Below, piece by piece: positions 45,770-54,961 of a DNA stretch of 54,961 nucleotides. The notes under the pieces are model-generated. The model ran no database searches and had not been told where the DNA came from. It worked only from the letters and a program-made list of their open reading frames with translations. The position numbers and the translations under genes were made by a program. Source of the stretch: Clostridia bacterium. Its GTDB lineage: Bacteria; Bacillota; Clostridia; Christensenellales; Aristaeellaceae. Each line of letters begins with the position of its first letter. The stretch's first letter is position 1. Where the stretch lies: the NCBI GenBank assembly GCA_017433675.1, contig JAFRGU010000004.1, forward strand, positions 1 through 54,961, given 5' to 3'.

Positions 45770-48700
45770 TTAGTTCTGCATTGCCAGTGGATAGAACGTA
45801 TAATTGTGGTCTTCCGCCCACTGTTCAACGCTTCCGCCCGGAATGCCGAACACGACCAGGTCGCTGCTGCATTCGCTGAAAGCGTTCCAACTGACTTCGG
45901 TATCTCTGTTCTGGAAGCCTACCTGCTCTACAGACGACCCGCTGAAAGCGTTATCCCCAATGGATTCCACATTTCCGGTGATCATGATTACCTTTGCCGC
46001 AATTCCGGAGAATGCTTCATCCTCGATGACCGTCAGGCTGCCCGGAGTGGTAAAAGTCGGATGATCCATCTGCGGAGAGTTGTCCGTAATCGTCAGTAAC
46101 ACATATTCGGTGGATTCTCTCCATATCAGTCCGGATCCATCTGGCCCGCCAGCGCGGCCGTACAGTTCGTATACGCCGGCCGGCAATCTGTTCGTGTTAA
46201 AATGGACTGTCGTTCCATCATACCAGCTCCACGGATTCCAGCTCCGGTGATCGTCTACGTCGAATGCGTCCACCCAGTAACGTGCCGCATTCTCCGCCGG
46301 CTCGAATTCCACCGTCACAACCGTACCCCGCGGAACTGTGATATCGCCGGTATCTGTAAAGTTATACTCTCCGACAATACCGTTGTTCTTCACTGTGAAC
46401 CGAATCGCGTTGGTTCGCTGCCATACATCACTGCCTTCCACCAGCACCTCCGCGAACGCTGTGATGATTCGGTTATTGGCGTCGTTGTACCACTCCTCGA
46501 AGAAGACGCTTCCATCGTTCAGGAACCAGTCGCCATGGTTATCCCGTGTAATCGCATCGCCGTCTTCCCACCAGCCGTATCCGCTGTAGAAGCGAATCGC
46601 GGCGATTTCCTGCCCGGCTGCCGGGGTTGCCAGATATACCGTGTCCTGATTCGCCCAGATATCATTCAGGTCGAGCTCTGTCCGCTCTTCCCGGTTGTTC
46701 ACCAGCCTCAGCGTGACCGCGTTACTCTGCGTGGCGGCAGTTACCGGAATAAAGACGCTCTCGCCGACGTCTTCAAATCCGTCCGCTTTCGCCTGGAAGT
46801 CAATCACAATCTGGTTGCCCTCGTTCAGGTACATAGCCGGAATCTGAATGGCCTTATCTGTCAGTTCGTCTTCATTGCTGTTATAGAACTGCCGCCAGAG
46901 ATTCTCGCCTTCCACACGAGCCTGAATGGTCATTCGCTGCGCGTTGTCCGGCAATTCAACCGTCACGCTCGCGTTTTCCTGGCCTGCCGTGAAGTAACCC
47001 GGCATGTCCGTCATGTCAAACCGCAGCGGTTCGCAGATCTCGATGGTTCTATCCACGTGCAGCGGCACTTCGCTGCCCTGGAACAGCGCGTACGCGGTCA
47101 GCGTATACACGCCCGGTTCATCGATACGGAACCAGCCGCCTCTGGTGAAGAAGGTGTCTTCGCCCGGCTCGCCTCGGAACTGATAATCTTCTACGTCATC
47201 CTTATCCGCGGCTTCCAGGTTCAGCCCGAAGCCGACCTCCACCGCGCCCGGCGCGCTGACGCTTACCGGTATTTCCATGCCCGCCTGCACTTTTTCCAGC
47301 GCGGAGATCATCACATCAGCCTGCTGCTCGCTTCTCGGGAACACGCTGACTCTCCACCACATCCGGTTGCCGGTCATGCCTATGCCGCTGTTATCCAGCA
47401 TGATCCAATAATCTCTATTGGCTTCCAGCTCGTTCGTTGGCAGATAGATGGTCCGGCTGTCCGGGTTCCAGTCATACCAGTTGTCTCCGAATACCCGGTC
47501 CTCATATTCATTCGGTGCGTTGCGATTGATGTTCGCGTGGGTTTCATTGCCGTTATCGCCCGGGTAAATATCGGAAATGACCAGGATATCGCCCTGTGTA
47601 ACGATATTCGGGAATCTGCCCCAGGGTTCACCCACCTGGCCGATTGCGTAGAAATTCACCACTACGGTCTCGCTCGGCAGGCTCCATTCAAAGTCCAGCC
47701 ATCTGTCGTCCCACGGATTATCCGGGAAGTCCGTCCTGGTTCCGTAGTATCCCTGTGCATACAGGGTTTCAGGATAATTTTGGTGCTCGTTAAAGGTTGC
47801 GCCGGTCACCTGGTCTCCTACGAATGCCTGCCACATGTCGCCGCAGTGGATCATAATCGCTCCGGCACCCGGCGCGCTCACGTCCACCTTGAAATCGTCG
47901 TGGATCAGCACGTCGGCGAACTCGCTGCCAGTTTCTCCGTTTACCGTCACCGTGATGTTACTGTCTTTCTGTCCGTTCTGCACCAGGAACGCTTTCGCGT
48001 TTTCGGCATAGAAGTCATCCCCGCTGACATACAGATCCACCCAGTGCGACGTGTTGTCCAGCAGCCTTCCCGCCGGCACCGTGAAGGTCAGGATACCATT
48101 CTGATCCGCATCGCGTGCCCACATGGTTTTTACATATACTTTGCTCTGCTCGAAATCCTCAAAGGGCACATAGTGAATCATCAGTTCATAGCGATCGCCG
48201 CCTTCAATCAGCGGAACCGTGATGTCCAGCGGTTCAGCGTTGCTGACGACGGAACCGATCCCGATCTCCGGCCTGATGGGCTCCACATACAGTGATGTCT
48301 CATTTTCTCCAGCGTTCCATCCATGCGCCATCGCGATGACTCTGATCCGGTATCCGCCTTCATACAGCCGGTGCCCGGCGATGAAGAAATTCGGATTATT
48401 TGTCCGGTAATTCCATCCGTCGCGTCCGTCGTTCCGGTTGATTTCGACTTCGTATTCTTCCGCACCAGCCACTTCGCCCACCGCGAAACTCAGGTTTTCA
48501 CCCTGCACGATGCTTGCCGGGAAGCCGATGAATTCCGGCTCATCCAGGTCGCCTTCTGCCGTGATGGTGATCTCAATTCCGTCGGGATCGCCGACCGGCA
48601 TCCATTCCGTTGCGTTCGGGTACCAGGCCTGCGCGTACATCGTTACGATGTCGCTGTGCCTGTCCCAGCTGATCCAGTCGCTGTACCAGCTGTCGCTTTC

Positions 48701-51700
48701 CCAGCCGTTATCATCATCCCAGCGGTCGTATCCGCTACTGAAGCGGATCCGCTCCGCGCCGGGCGCCATGATGGATACCATCAGCGGTTCCATTACGGCG
48801 ACTGTGCTCTTATCCGCGATAAACAGGCCCTTCGTGGGTTCGCTCACCGTGAAAGAGATCGGCGCGCTGTCGGTCCGGTATCTGCCCAGCACCCGGGCGT
48901 ACGCGCTCAGCCGGTAGGTTCGCCCGGGCTCCAGGTCGTTTGTCGGAAGCAGAATTGTTCCGGCGCTGTCGCTGTCGTTGTGGCAGATCCAGTTGCCCCA
49001 CTCGTCCGTGACATAGGCGTCGTATTCGTATACGCCCTCATCACTGATCGCTCCGACAATCGCCTCGACAAACTGTCCTCTGTAGATGGTTCCTTCGTTC
49101 CCCATGCTCAGCGTCGGCGCCGTCGCTTCCAGAGCATCAGCTCTGTTCGAAATCGGTATATGCGTCGTCTCGCTGACCTTCAGGTGGCTTCCGCCGTAGA
49201 TCGCGATGGCATAGAATTCGCAGTAGTCGGGGGCGCCTTCTCCGCCCTTCCAGTCCAGACAGAATTCCCCTTCGAAATAACCGCCGTCTACGTTGATGAA
49301 GCTCAGCGATTCATCCCACCAGACCATCAGCCTGTCAGCATCCGGCGCGCTGACGCTCACCGGATACCGGTTGCCGATTGCGATCATCTGTGCCGGCTGG
49401 CCGTTTTGCTCATCTACCATAAGGGCTACGGCTTCCTCCTCCGGTGCGCCCAGTACATACAGCGTCCGGTCGCCATGCCCCTGCTCCCAGCCAGGCGTGT
49501 TGGTGTCCAGGTATACGTGGTATATCCGGTTCGGTTCCAACCTGTCCGCCGGGATCACTAAGTCAAAGGTATCAATGCCTTCCGGCAGCTGATCCCGATT
49601 GATCCATTCGTTTGTGATATTCCATCCTTCATCCTCATAGGAGACCCAGTAGCTGTAATTCTCTATATTCGAATCAATGTGATAGGTGATATGCACGTCC
49701 TCGCCCGCGCTGACGACCATCGGCATATCAACCCAGGGACTGTCCAGACTGCCTTCCGCCGTTACTGTGACGGTGCACAGCGCAATCTGCCGGCTCCACT
49801 GGCCATTCATTCTATAAGAGCCATAGATGGTGTATTCGCCCCGGCTGTCGAAGTTATGCCACTGGCTGACGCCCGGCCCATCGCATCCCGCGAAACCGTT
49901 CGCATCCTCCCAGTCGCTCCTCCACTGGTTCAGGTTCACCTCTTCCGCGCCAGGCACATAGAACGTGAACCGGAAATCCCTGCCTGCCTCGACCACAAAA
50001 TCAGTCTCCGGCTCGTCTTCGCCCGCTTTCGGCGTCGGCCACTGCATACTTGTCGTAAAGTAATACTCGTTGCTTGGCGGCGTCAGATCCGTGTCATCCG
50101 GATCCAGCAGCGCTAGATGCAGCGTCGCGTGGCTCTGGTTGTATCCCGTCGCCATTGCGTCCAGCTCAACCCAGTATACGTCCGGCTCCAGATTACCGGT
50201 GTCAAAGGTCATCGTACCGGCGCCCTGGCGGGTATCACCCATCAGCCACCGTTCGTTGGTATCTTCATGGATCCAGTAGCTGTATTCTTCCGCATCATCC
50301 ACGGCGTCGAAGGTAATTGTTATCCGATCACCGACGTAAGCCCGGTCCGGCATGGCGGCAGTTAATTCGTCCAGGTTGCCGTGTTTCGCTTCGAATGTCA
50401 CCAGAACCTGGCCGATCGGCTCTTCCCATTCATTCGTTCCATCAATCCAGATGATATTGCCCTGCGCGTCTCTGTGATGGCCGTAGGCATATGCCGTCAG
50501 TGTGAACTCGCCCGCATGATCCGACCGCCAGCTGTCCATCAGCATGCCGATCCGGCAGTTGTCGCAGTTCTCCCGCCAGTCCTCGTTGCCCGCTTCGGTA
50601 ATCTCGACATTATACCATTCCGCATTCTGATGGTATGCCTGGATTTGCAGATTGCTGTGTGTCGCGGCCGTCAGGGTTCCTGGTTCTTCCATGGTTCCGG
50701 CAGTACCGTTCACGGTGAATACCTTCACTGCTTCCTGACTCTGCGGCTTTTCGCCCACTGTAAACTGAACCCGATTGCTTCTTCCGCTGTAGCCCTGGCC
50801 ATCCGCGCCGACTTCGACCCGGCACCGGCTGCCCGGCGTGATCCAGTAGGTCGGAATCCGGTTCTCGCCCTGGCGCAGATCCATATGGAAGTCGTTATAC
50901 CAATCCCAGTGATCGCCGCGATCCACTTCAATGTTGATGTAGAACCAGCCGTCATCAACAATGCTGCGCCCTTCCGGAGCGTCTGTATCGATCATGCTCG
51001 GACCCGCATCCTCAATCATGATTACCAGATCTTCGCCCCATTCCAGTTCGTCTTTCTCCAGATGGAATGCCGGCGCGATCATCGTCCCGTTGGGACTGGT
51101 CACATTCATCCTGATAATGTTGCTCTTCCCGGTCCATTCGACATCCTGATCCCAGTCGAAATCGCCCCAGCCGTTTCTGCCGAGTTCCTCGAAATCATAT
51201 TCGTCATTCCAGGTTGCCTCGGCGTAGAAGAACAGCCGTCCGTCGCCGTATCCCCAGTCCCGCTCATAGCTGTCGTCGCCAAACCAGTATTCCCACTGGT
51301 TGTTGTTCAGCACCCTGACCGCGGTGGGCCGGCCCAGCGTGCCTTGTCCTTCCGGCCAGGTCACCTTCACATGCATATTCGTGCTGGAAAGAGCGGTCTG
51401 GTCCGCCGCGTTTGACCCGTTTACCGTCAGAGTGATTCCCGCCGTCTGCTCTCCGGCTGCCAGCAGGAAGATTCCCTCCGTCCGGCCCCAGTTGTATCCG
51501 TACGCGTTGGCTGTCAGGTATACGCGGTAAACACGTCCGGGCCGGATCATGTCGTTTTCGACATTCAGCACGATCGTGTCGTCCTCAATGTCTTCTGGAT
51601 CAATGTCTTCCTGGCAGAAGGCCCATCCGTCGCCATCCTCCCGGATTTCCAGATAATAATGGTCCGCGTTATCAACCTTATCGAACACGACCGTCAGCTT

Positions 51701-54181
51701 CTGCGGGTTCTCCGCGTCCGGCGCGATGGACACCCCGTCAGTAAATGCGCTGCCGTTGATCATCACTTCCGGATTATCCAGGTCCCCATCCGCGCTGACC
51801 GCAATCGTGCATACCGGGTATTCCCTCCAGACGCCGTTCACTACGCCGCCCATATATACCGTGTAGATTCCCGCTTCATCGAAGCAGTGCCACTGGCACA
51901 TGCCGGGAGCTTCGCACCAGCCGAAACCGTGCGGCTCGCTCCAGCCGGCCTTGAATACGCCCAGGTTGATCTCACCTGAGCCCGGCAAATAGCCGGTGAA
52001 CCGGATATTCTCGCCCGTATCGGCGATAAAGTCCGTCTCCGCGCCCTGATCCGCCTGCCTGGCGTTGGTGCTGAAGCAGTATCCGTTCTGGCTCAGATCG
52101 GTGTCGTCTCCACCCATCACCACGAAGTAGCTGGTCGTAAAGTTCTCCTGATATCCCCGGGCGTGGGCGCTCACCTCCACCGCATACACGCCCGGCCCCA
52201 GCAGTCCGGTATCAATCTCCACCGTTCCCGCGGCGCTCAAGTCGCCGCTCATCCGGTCATTGTGGTCATCCGACGGATGGATCCAGTAGAAATACCGCTC
52301 CGCATGATCCACCGCGCCGACGGTCAGCGTTACGTGATTCCCATTTTCCCCGATCCTCGACTTGAACGGACTCAGCGTTACATTTGGCGCGTCCAGCTGG
52401 TCATGCGGCGCTTCCACATGGATTTCCGCGGAAACCTGCGTTCCTTCCACTTCCCATGCTTCCCGGTTCCAGTCGCCTCCATTGGTCATGATGACTGCTT
52501 CGATCACATAATCATCCGGGTTGCCAATCCGCATCCCGTCCGTCCAGTAATAGAAGCCATTGCCGCCTTCGTCCCAGAAACAGTAATCTCTGTTCCTGTT
52601 GTATGCCCTTACCTGAATCCAGCTGTATTCTTCGTCCAGTTCCTCGCCCGGATTCTCGTAGTAAGCATAGAGCCGGATCCGCTCGTCCGTCTCATACTGG
52701 AATACACCTTCGTTATCCCTGTCTCCCGCGATCTCCAGGATAACCGGCGCCGATGTTGTCCGGTCCGTGACCCGCACCCGTACCGTCCGCTTCGAATACT
52801 GCATCGGGGCGCCGAGTTTCAGCGCGTATACGCTGACCTCATATTCCTTCCCGACTTCGCATTCGAACACCGGCAGACGAACTTCCGTCGTATCTCCGGG
52901 TTCCGGAGTCACCCACCGGCTTTCAGCGATGTGGTCGAGGTGGACACCCCGTTCATCAATTTCCGCGCCGTAGTAGTCCGCGCCGATGTTGTCCACATGC
53001 AGCACCAGCGTATCGTCCTTCGGCACCTCGATCGGCTCGGCGGCAGGATTTCCCGTTGTCTCCCCGTCCACGGCATACGTGACGTCACCTGTGATCTGGT
53101 TGTTCATCGTCACCCGGACCGTCAGCGTGTTGCTGCGCGCCAGGCGATCCGGCTGCCCGTCCTCTCCCTGGATTTTCGCATATGCGTATACGGTGTAATC
53201 CCGGGCTATTTCCTGGTTCGGACGCCAGCTCATCCGCGCATATCCGTTCTGCCAGATCTCCATCGGATTGACGCCTTCCGTCCACAGGCCGTTTACCAGA
53301 TGGAATTCCTTAATGTAGTTATTCAGCACGCTGTCTTCCGCCGTGACGAATAACTGCACCTCGCCATATACCGGCACGGTGATCACGCCATGTTCGTCCG
53401 CTTCGCTGCTCGACAGGTGGATCTCCGGATCATTGTTCTCCGGTACGCTGACCGTCCATTCCGCATGTTGAGAAGTTCCGATCTGATCCCCGGCATAGGT
53501 CTCGATCCATACTTCGTAGTTTCCGGCGTATCTGGTTAGCTCATCCACATTCCCAAACAGGTCTGTCAGGCTGTACAGCTGCAGACTCCGGACTGCTCCG
53601 GAAACAGATAATCTGGGAGTACTGCCATTGGGCATTCTCCAGTTGACGATAAACGCATCCGCGTTGTTCGTGCCTTCCCAGGTGATCGTGTAGTCCTCAT
53701 TTAGCGTTGGCGCGCTTCCGTTGGTGACCGTGACCACGCTTCCGTTCGTCTTTGTCCGATCATATATGAACGCAGCCTTCTGCCATTCCTGCGCCTCGAA
53801 CAGCCGGACAAAGATCGCGTCCGAACCGCCTGTGGCCGGAGGCAGGCTCAATGTGAACAGTCCGTTTTGGTCTTCCAGCAGTTGACTGACAGGCTCGAAC
53901 CATGTGTGATTCGGCTCACTGTCCGACACATCACCGTACCCCATCTGTACTGCCTCAGCATCCTCTGGGATGTTGTCAATATAAATTTTGTAATAGTAGC
54001 TGCCGTTGTATTGATTGTAAGCAGTCCATTCATCTCCCGCACCAGGCTCAATCTGCGTCGGCATCCCGTTCACCACGCGCAGTTCCAATTCAGGAGCCGG
54101 CTCATCTGCCAGCACTGTTCCACCGATAGTGCAGAGTATCAGCACCATCAATACTGCCAGTATCCATTTTACCTGCTTCAT
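45770..54181 (-). CDS. Giant (2803 aa) exported acidic multi-beta-sandwich surface protein with a C-terminal BspA-type LRR cap
   Basis: GGAGG RBS; signal peptide ending VLA-DE; D/E/G/W/Y-rich repeated ~100-aa modules; C-terminal LTVIEDEAFSG...VESIGDNAFSG...NAFSEC. Confidence 0.88.
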   Translation of the reverse strand: MKQVKWILAVLMVLILCTIGGTVLADEPAPELELRVVNGMPTQIEPGAGDEWTAYNQYNGSYYYKIYIDNIPEDAEAVQMGYGDVSDSEPNHTWFEPVSQLLEDQNGLFTLSLPPATGGSDAIFVRLFEAQEWQKAAFIYDRTKTNGSVVTVTNGSAPTLNEDYTITWEGTNNADAFIVNWRMPNGSTPRLSVSGAVRSLQLYSLTDLFGNVDELTRYAGNYEVWIETYAGDQIGTSQHAEWTVSVPENNDPEIHLSSSEADEHGVITVPVYGEVQLFVTAEDSVLNNYIKEFHLVNGLWTEGVNPMEIWQNGYARMSWRPNQEIARDYTVYAYAKIQGEDGQPDRLARSNTLTVRVTMNNQITGDVTYAVDGETTGNPAAEPIEVPKDDTLVLHVDNIGADYYGAEIDERGVHLDHIAESRWVTPEPGDTTEVRLPVFECEVGKEYEVSVYALKLGAPMQYSKRTVRVRVTDRTTSAPVILEIAGDRDNEGVFQYETDERIRLYAYYENPGEELDEEYSWIQVRAYNRNRDYCFWDEGGNGFYYWTDGMRIGNPDDYVIEAVIMTNGGDWNREAWEVEGTQVSAEIHVEAPHDQLDAPNVTLSPFKSRIGENGNHVTLTVGAVDHAERYFYWIHPSDDHNDRMSGDLSAAGTVEIDTGLLGPGVYAVEVSAHARGYQENFTTSYFVVMGGDDTDLSQNGYCFSTNARQADQGAETDFIADTGENIRFTGYLPGSGEINLGVFKAGWSEPHGFGWCEAPGMCQWHCFDEAGIYTVYMGGVVNGVWREYPVCTIAVSADGDLDNPEVMINGSAFTDGVSIAPDAENPQKLTVVFDKVDNADHYYLEIREDGDGWAFCQEDIDPEDIEDDTIVLNVENDMIRPGRVYRVYLTANAYGYNWGRTEGIFLLAAGEQTAGITLTVNGSNAADQTALSSTNMHVKVTWPEGQGTLGRPTAVRVLNNNQWEYWFGDDSYERDWGYGDGRLFFYAEATWNDEYDFEELGRNGWGDFDWDQDVEWTGKSNIIRMNVTSPNGTMIAPAFHLEKDELEWGEDLVIMIEDAGPSMIDTDAPEGRSIVDDGWFYINIEVDRGDHWDWYNDFHMDLRQGENRIPTYWITPGSRCRVEVGADGQGYSGRSNRVQFTVGEKPQSQEAVKVFTVNGTAGTMEEPGTLTAATHSNLQIQAYHQNAEWYNVEITEAGNEDWRENCDNCRIGMLMDSWRSDHAGEFTLTAYAYGHHRDAQGNIIWIDGTNEWEEPIGQVLVTFEAKHGNLDELTAAMPDRAYVGDRITITFDAVDDAEEYSYWIHEDTNERWLMGDTRQGAGTMTFDTGNLEPDVYWVELDAMATGYNQSHATLHLALLDPDDTDLTPPSNEYYFTTSMQWPTPKAGEDEPETDFVVEAGRDFRFTFYVPGAEEVNLNQWRSDWEDANGFAGCDGPGVSQWHNFDSRGEYTIYGSYRMNGQWSRQIALCTVTVTAEGSLDSPWVDMPMVVSAGEDVHITYHIDSNIENYSYWVSYEDEGWNITNEWINRDQLPEGIDTFDLVIPADRLEPNRIYHVYLDTNTPGWEQGHGDRTLYVLGAPEEEAVALMVDEQNGQPAQMIAIGNRYPVSVSAPDADRLMVWWDESLSFINVDGGYFEGEFCLDWKGGEGAPDYCEFYAIAIYGGSHLKVSETTHIPISNRADALEATAPTLSMGNEGTIYRGQFVEAIVGAISDEGVYEYDAYVTDEWGNWICHNDSDSAGTILLPTNDLEPGRTYRLSAYARVLGRYRTDSAPISFTVSEPTKGLFIADKSTVAVMEPLMVSIMAPGAERIRFSSGYDRWDDDNGWESDSWYSDWISWDRHSDIVTMYAQAWYPNATEWMPVGDPDGIEITITAEGDLDEPEFIGFPASIVQGENLSFAVGEVAGAEEYEVEINRNDGRDGWNYRTNNPNFFIAGHRLYEGGYRIRVIAMAHGWNAGENETSLYVEPIRPEIGIGSVVSNAEPLDITVPLIEGGDRYELMIHYVPFEDFEQSKVYVKTMWARDADQNGILTFTVPAGRLLDNTSHWVDLYVSGDDFYAENAKAFLVQNGQKDSNITVTVNGETGSEFADVLIHDDFKVDVSAPGAGAIMIHCGDMWQAFVGDQVTGATFNEHQNYPETLYAQGYYGTRTDFPDNPWDDRWLDFEWSLPSETVVVNFYAIGQVGEPWGRFPNIVTQGDILVISDIYPGDNGNETHANINRNAPNEYEDRVFGDNWYDWNPDSRTIYLPTNELEANRDYWIMLDNSGIGMTGNRMWWRVSVFPRSEQQADVMISALEKVQAGMEIPVSVSAPGAVEVGFGLNLEAADKDDVEDYQFRGEPGEDTFFTRGGWFRIDEPGVYTLTAYALFQGSEVPLHVDRTIEICEPLRFDMTDMPGYFTAGQENASVTVELPDNAQRMTIQARVEGENLWRQFYNSNEDELTDKAIQIPAMYLNEGNQIVIDFQAKADGFEDVGESVFIPVTAATQSNAVTLRLVNNREERTELDLNDIWANQDTVYLATPAAGQEIAAIRFYSGYGWWEDGDAITRDNHGDWFLNDGSVFFEEWYNDANNRIITAFAEVLVEGSDVWQRTNAIRFTVKNNGIVGEYNFTDTGDITVPRGTVVTVEFEPAENAARYWVDAFDVDDHRSWNPWSWYDGTTVHFNTNRLPAGVYELYGRAGGPDGSGLIWRESTEYVLLTITDNSPQMDHPTFTTPGSLTVIEDEAFSGIAAKVIMITGNVESIGDNAFSGSSVEQVGFQNRDTEVSWNAFSECSSDLVVFGIPGGSVEQWAEDHNYTFYPLAMQN

Positions 54182-54646
54182 GTTTTTCCTCCGTTTTTTT
54201 AAAGTGGGTTCAGTCCTATTATTTCTTTTGTTGTTCCTGTGAAGCTAAACATTGATATTTTCTATTTATCCTACATCAGTTCTTCAGAAAAATCAACCTT
54301 TATCTACGAATTACTATCACAATTCTTCATCGTGCCGGTGCCAGATCTGCCTGAGCGAAGTTTGTCCCGTGGTAGTCCTACTCTCTACATGGTCAGGGTG
54401 ACCGCAAAGGAATCATCAACCAGAGTTGGGACTCATGAAATCACCTCCCAGCATTAATCCGAAAATTATCTTTCTTGATAAACTGCGGAACATTATGCCC
54501 CCTTGTTTCAGACATTATAACAGAAGAAAGAAATCAACCGGTATTGCAGGCTGCGCATATATAGAAATTCCGAATGTGCGTTGGAGAGCCAGCACAGTGG
54601 GCTGGTAAAGAACAAGACGCGAAAGTGAGAGGAGCGGAGAAAGGAA

Positions 54647-54675
54647 TTGTAATTTCAGGGGGAAAAGGATATAAT
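54647..54675 (+). promoter_or_regulatory. Putative sigma-A promoter
   Basis: TTGTAA (54647-54652), 17 bp, TATAAT (54670-54675). Confidence 0.55.
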
Positions 54676-54738
54676 GGGCGCGCTGCTTCAGAGAAAAAGC
54701 AGGGATTTCAGGGACAACGAAGCACGGGGAGAACCGGC

Positions 54739-54961
54739 GTGAAAGAAGAAATCAGACTGGCGCTGCATTACGCAAAGCGCTATGGATGGCAGTATCTGCT
54801 GGGGATCCTGTCCCTGTTTGTGGTGGACCGGATCAATGCCCGGGTGCCGCTGCTTTCCGGAGAACTGACGGACGGGCTGGCGGCCGGAGCGCTGGACATG
54901 AACGGCGTATGGAGCATTGCGGGACGCCTGCTGGGAATGGGCGCACTGATTATGCTGGGAC
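54739..54961 (+). CDS. 5' part of an ABC exporter transmembrane domain (YheI/MsbA-like), truncated by the window end
   Basis: GGGGAG RBS, GTG start; MKEEIRLALHYAKRYGWQYLLGILSLFVVDRINARVPLLSGELTDGL..., open to the end of the window. Confidence 0.7.
   Translation, partial: MKEEIRLALHYAKRYGWQYLLGILSLFVVDRINARVPLLSGELTDGLAAGALDMNGVWSIAGRLLGMGALIMLG

Noticed and set aside
46202-53353. Long plus-strand ORFs (697, 412, 344 and 396 aa) opposite the giant gene
   Set aside because: Antisense shadows with no RBS or domain signal.
54182-54640. Riboswitch upstream of the giant gene
   Set aside because: I could not recognise a c-di-GMP, T-box or other aptamer consensus by eye; an Infernal scan would be needed.

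Overview
A GC-rich bacterial chromosomal window that looks like a Clostridia/Christensenellales-type Firmicute (inferred from gene content, GGAGG RBSs and sigma-A-like promoters). In order it holds: a two-domain PPK2 and a DUF218 gene; a ~10.8 kb possibly acquired block (MacB-type ABC exporter, three atypical periplasmic-adaptor-like proteins, an acidic repeat protein, then response regulator / small alarmone synthetase / response regulator / histidine kinase); an internally deleted TetR remnant with intact operators before a nucleotidyltransferase and a PfkB kinase; a repeat-rich intergenic region; an FbpABC/AfuABC-type transporter; a small protein + ECF sigma factor followed by secreted Ig-like and SH3 proteins; a beta-CASP nuclease; a DUF3048 protein; rhaB / FucI-AraA-family isomerase / rhaD; an L,D-transpeptidase; two MATE transporters around an SBP-HK-RR sensing module and a YtfQRT-YjfF-like sugar ABC transporter; a hydrolase pseudogene fragment; a 2803-aa secreted multidomain protein; and the 5' end of an ABC exporter. 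I saw no rRNA, tRNA, CRISPR array, integrase or transposase. The best candidate for an undescribed system is the 3.1-13.5 kb exporter/alarmone/two-regulator locus. All family calls come from motifs read by eye; no searches were run. Several starts were moved from the ORF track to RBS-supported codons.
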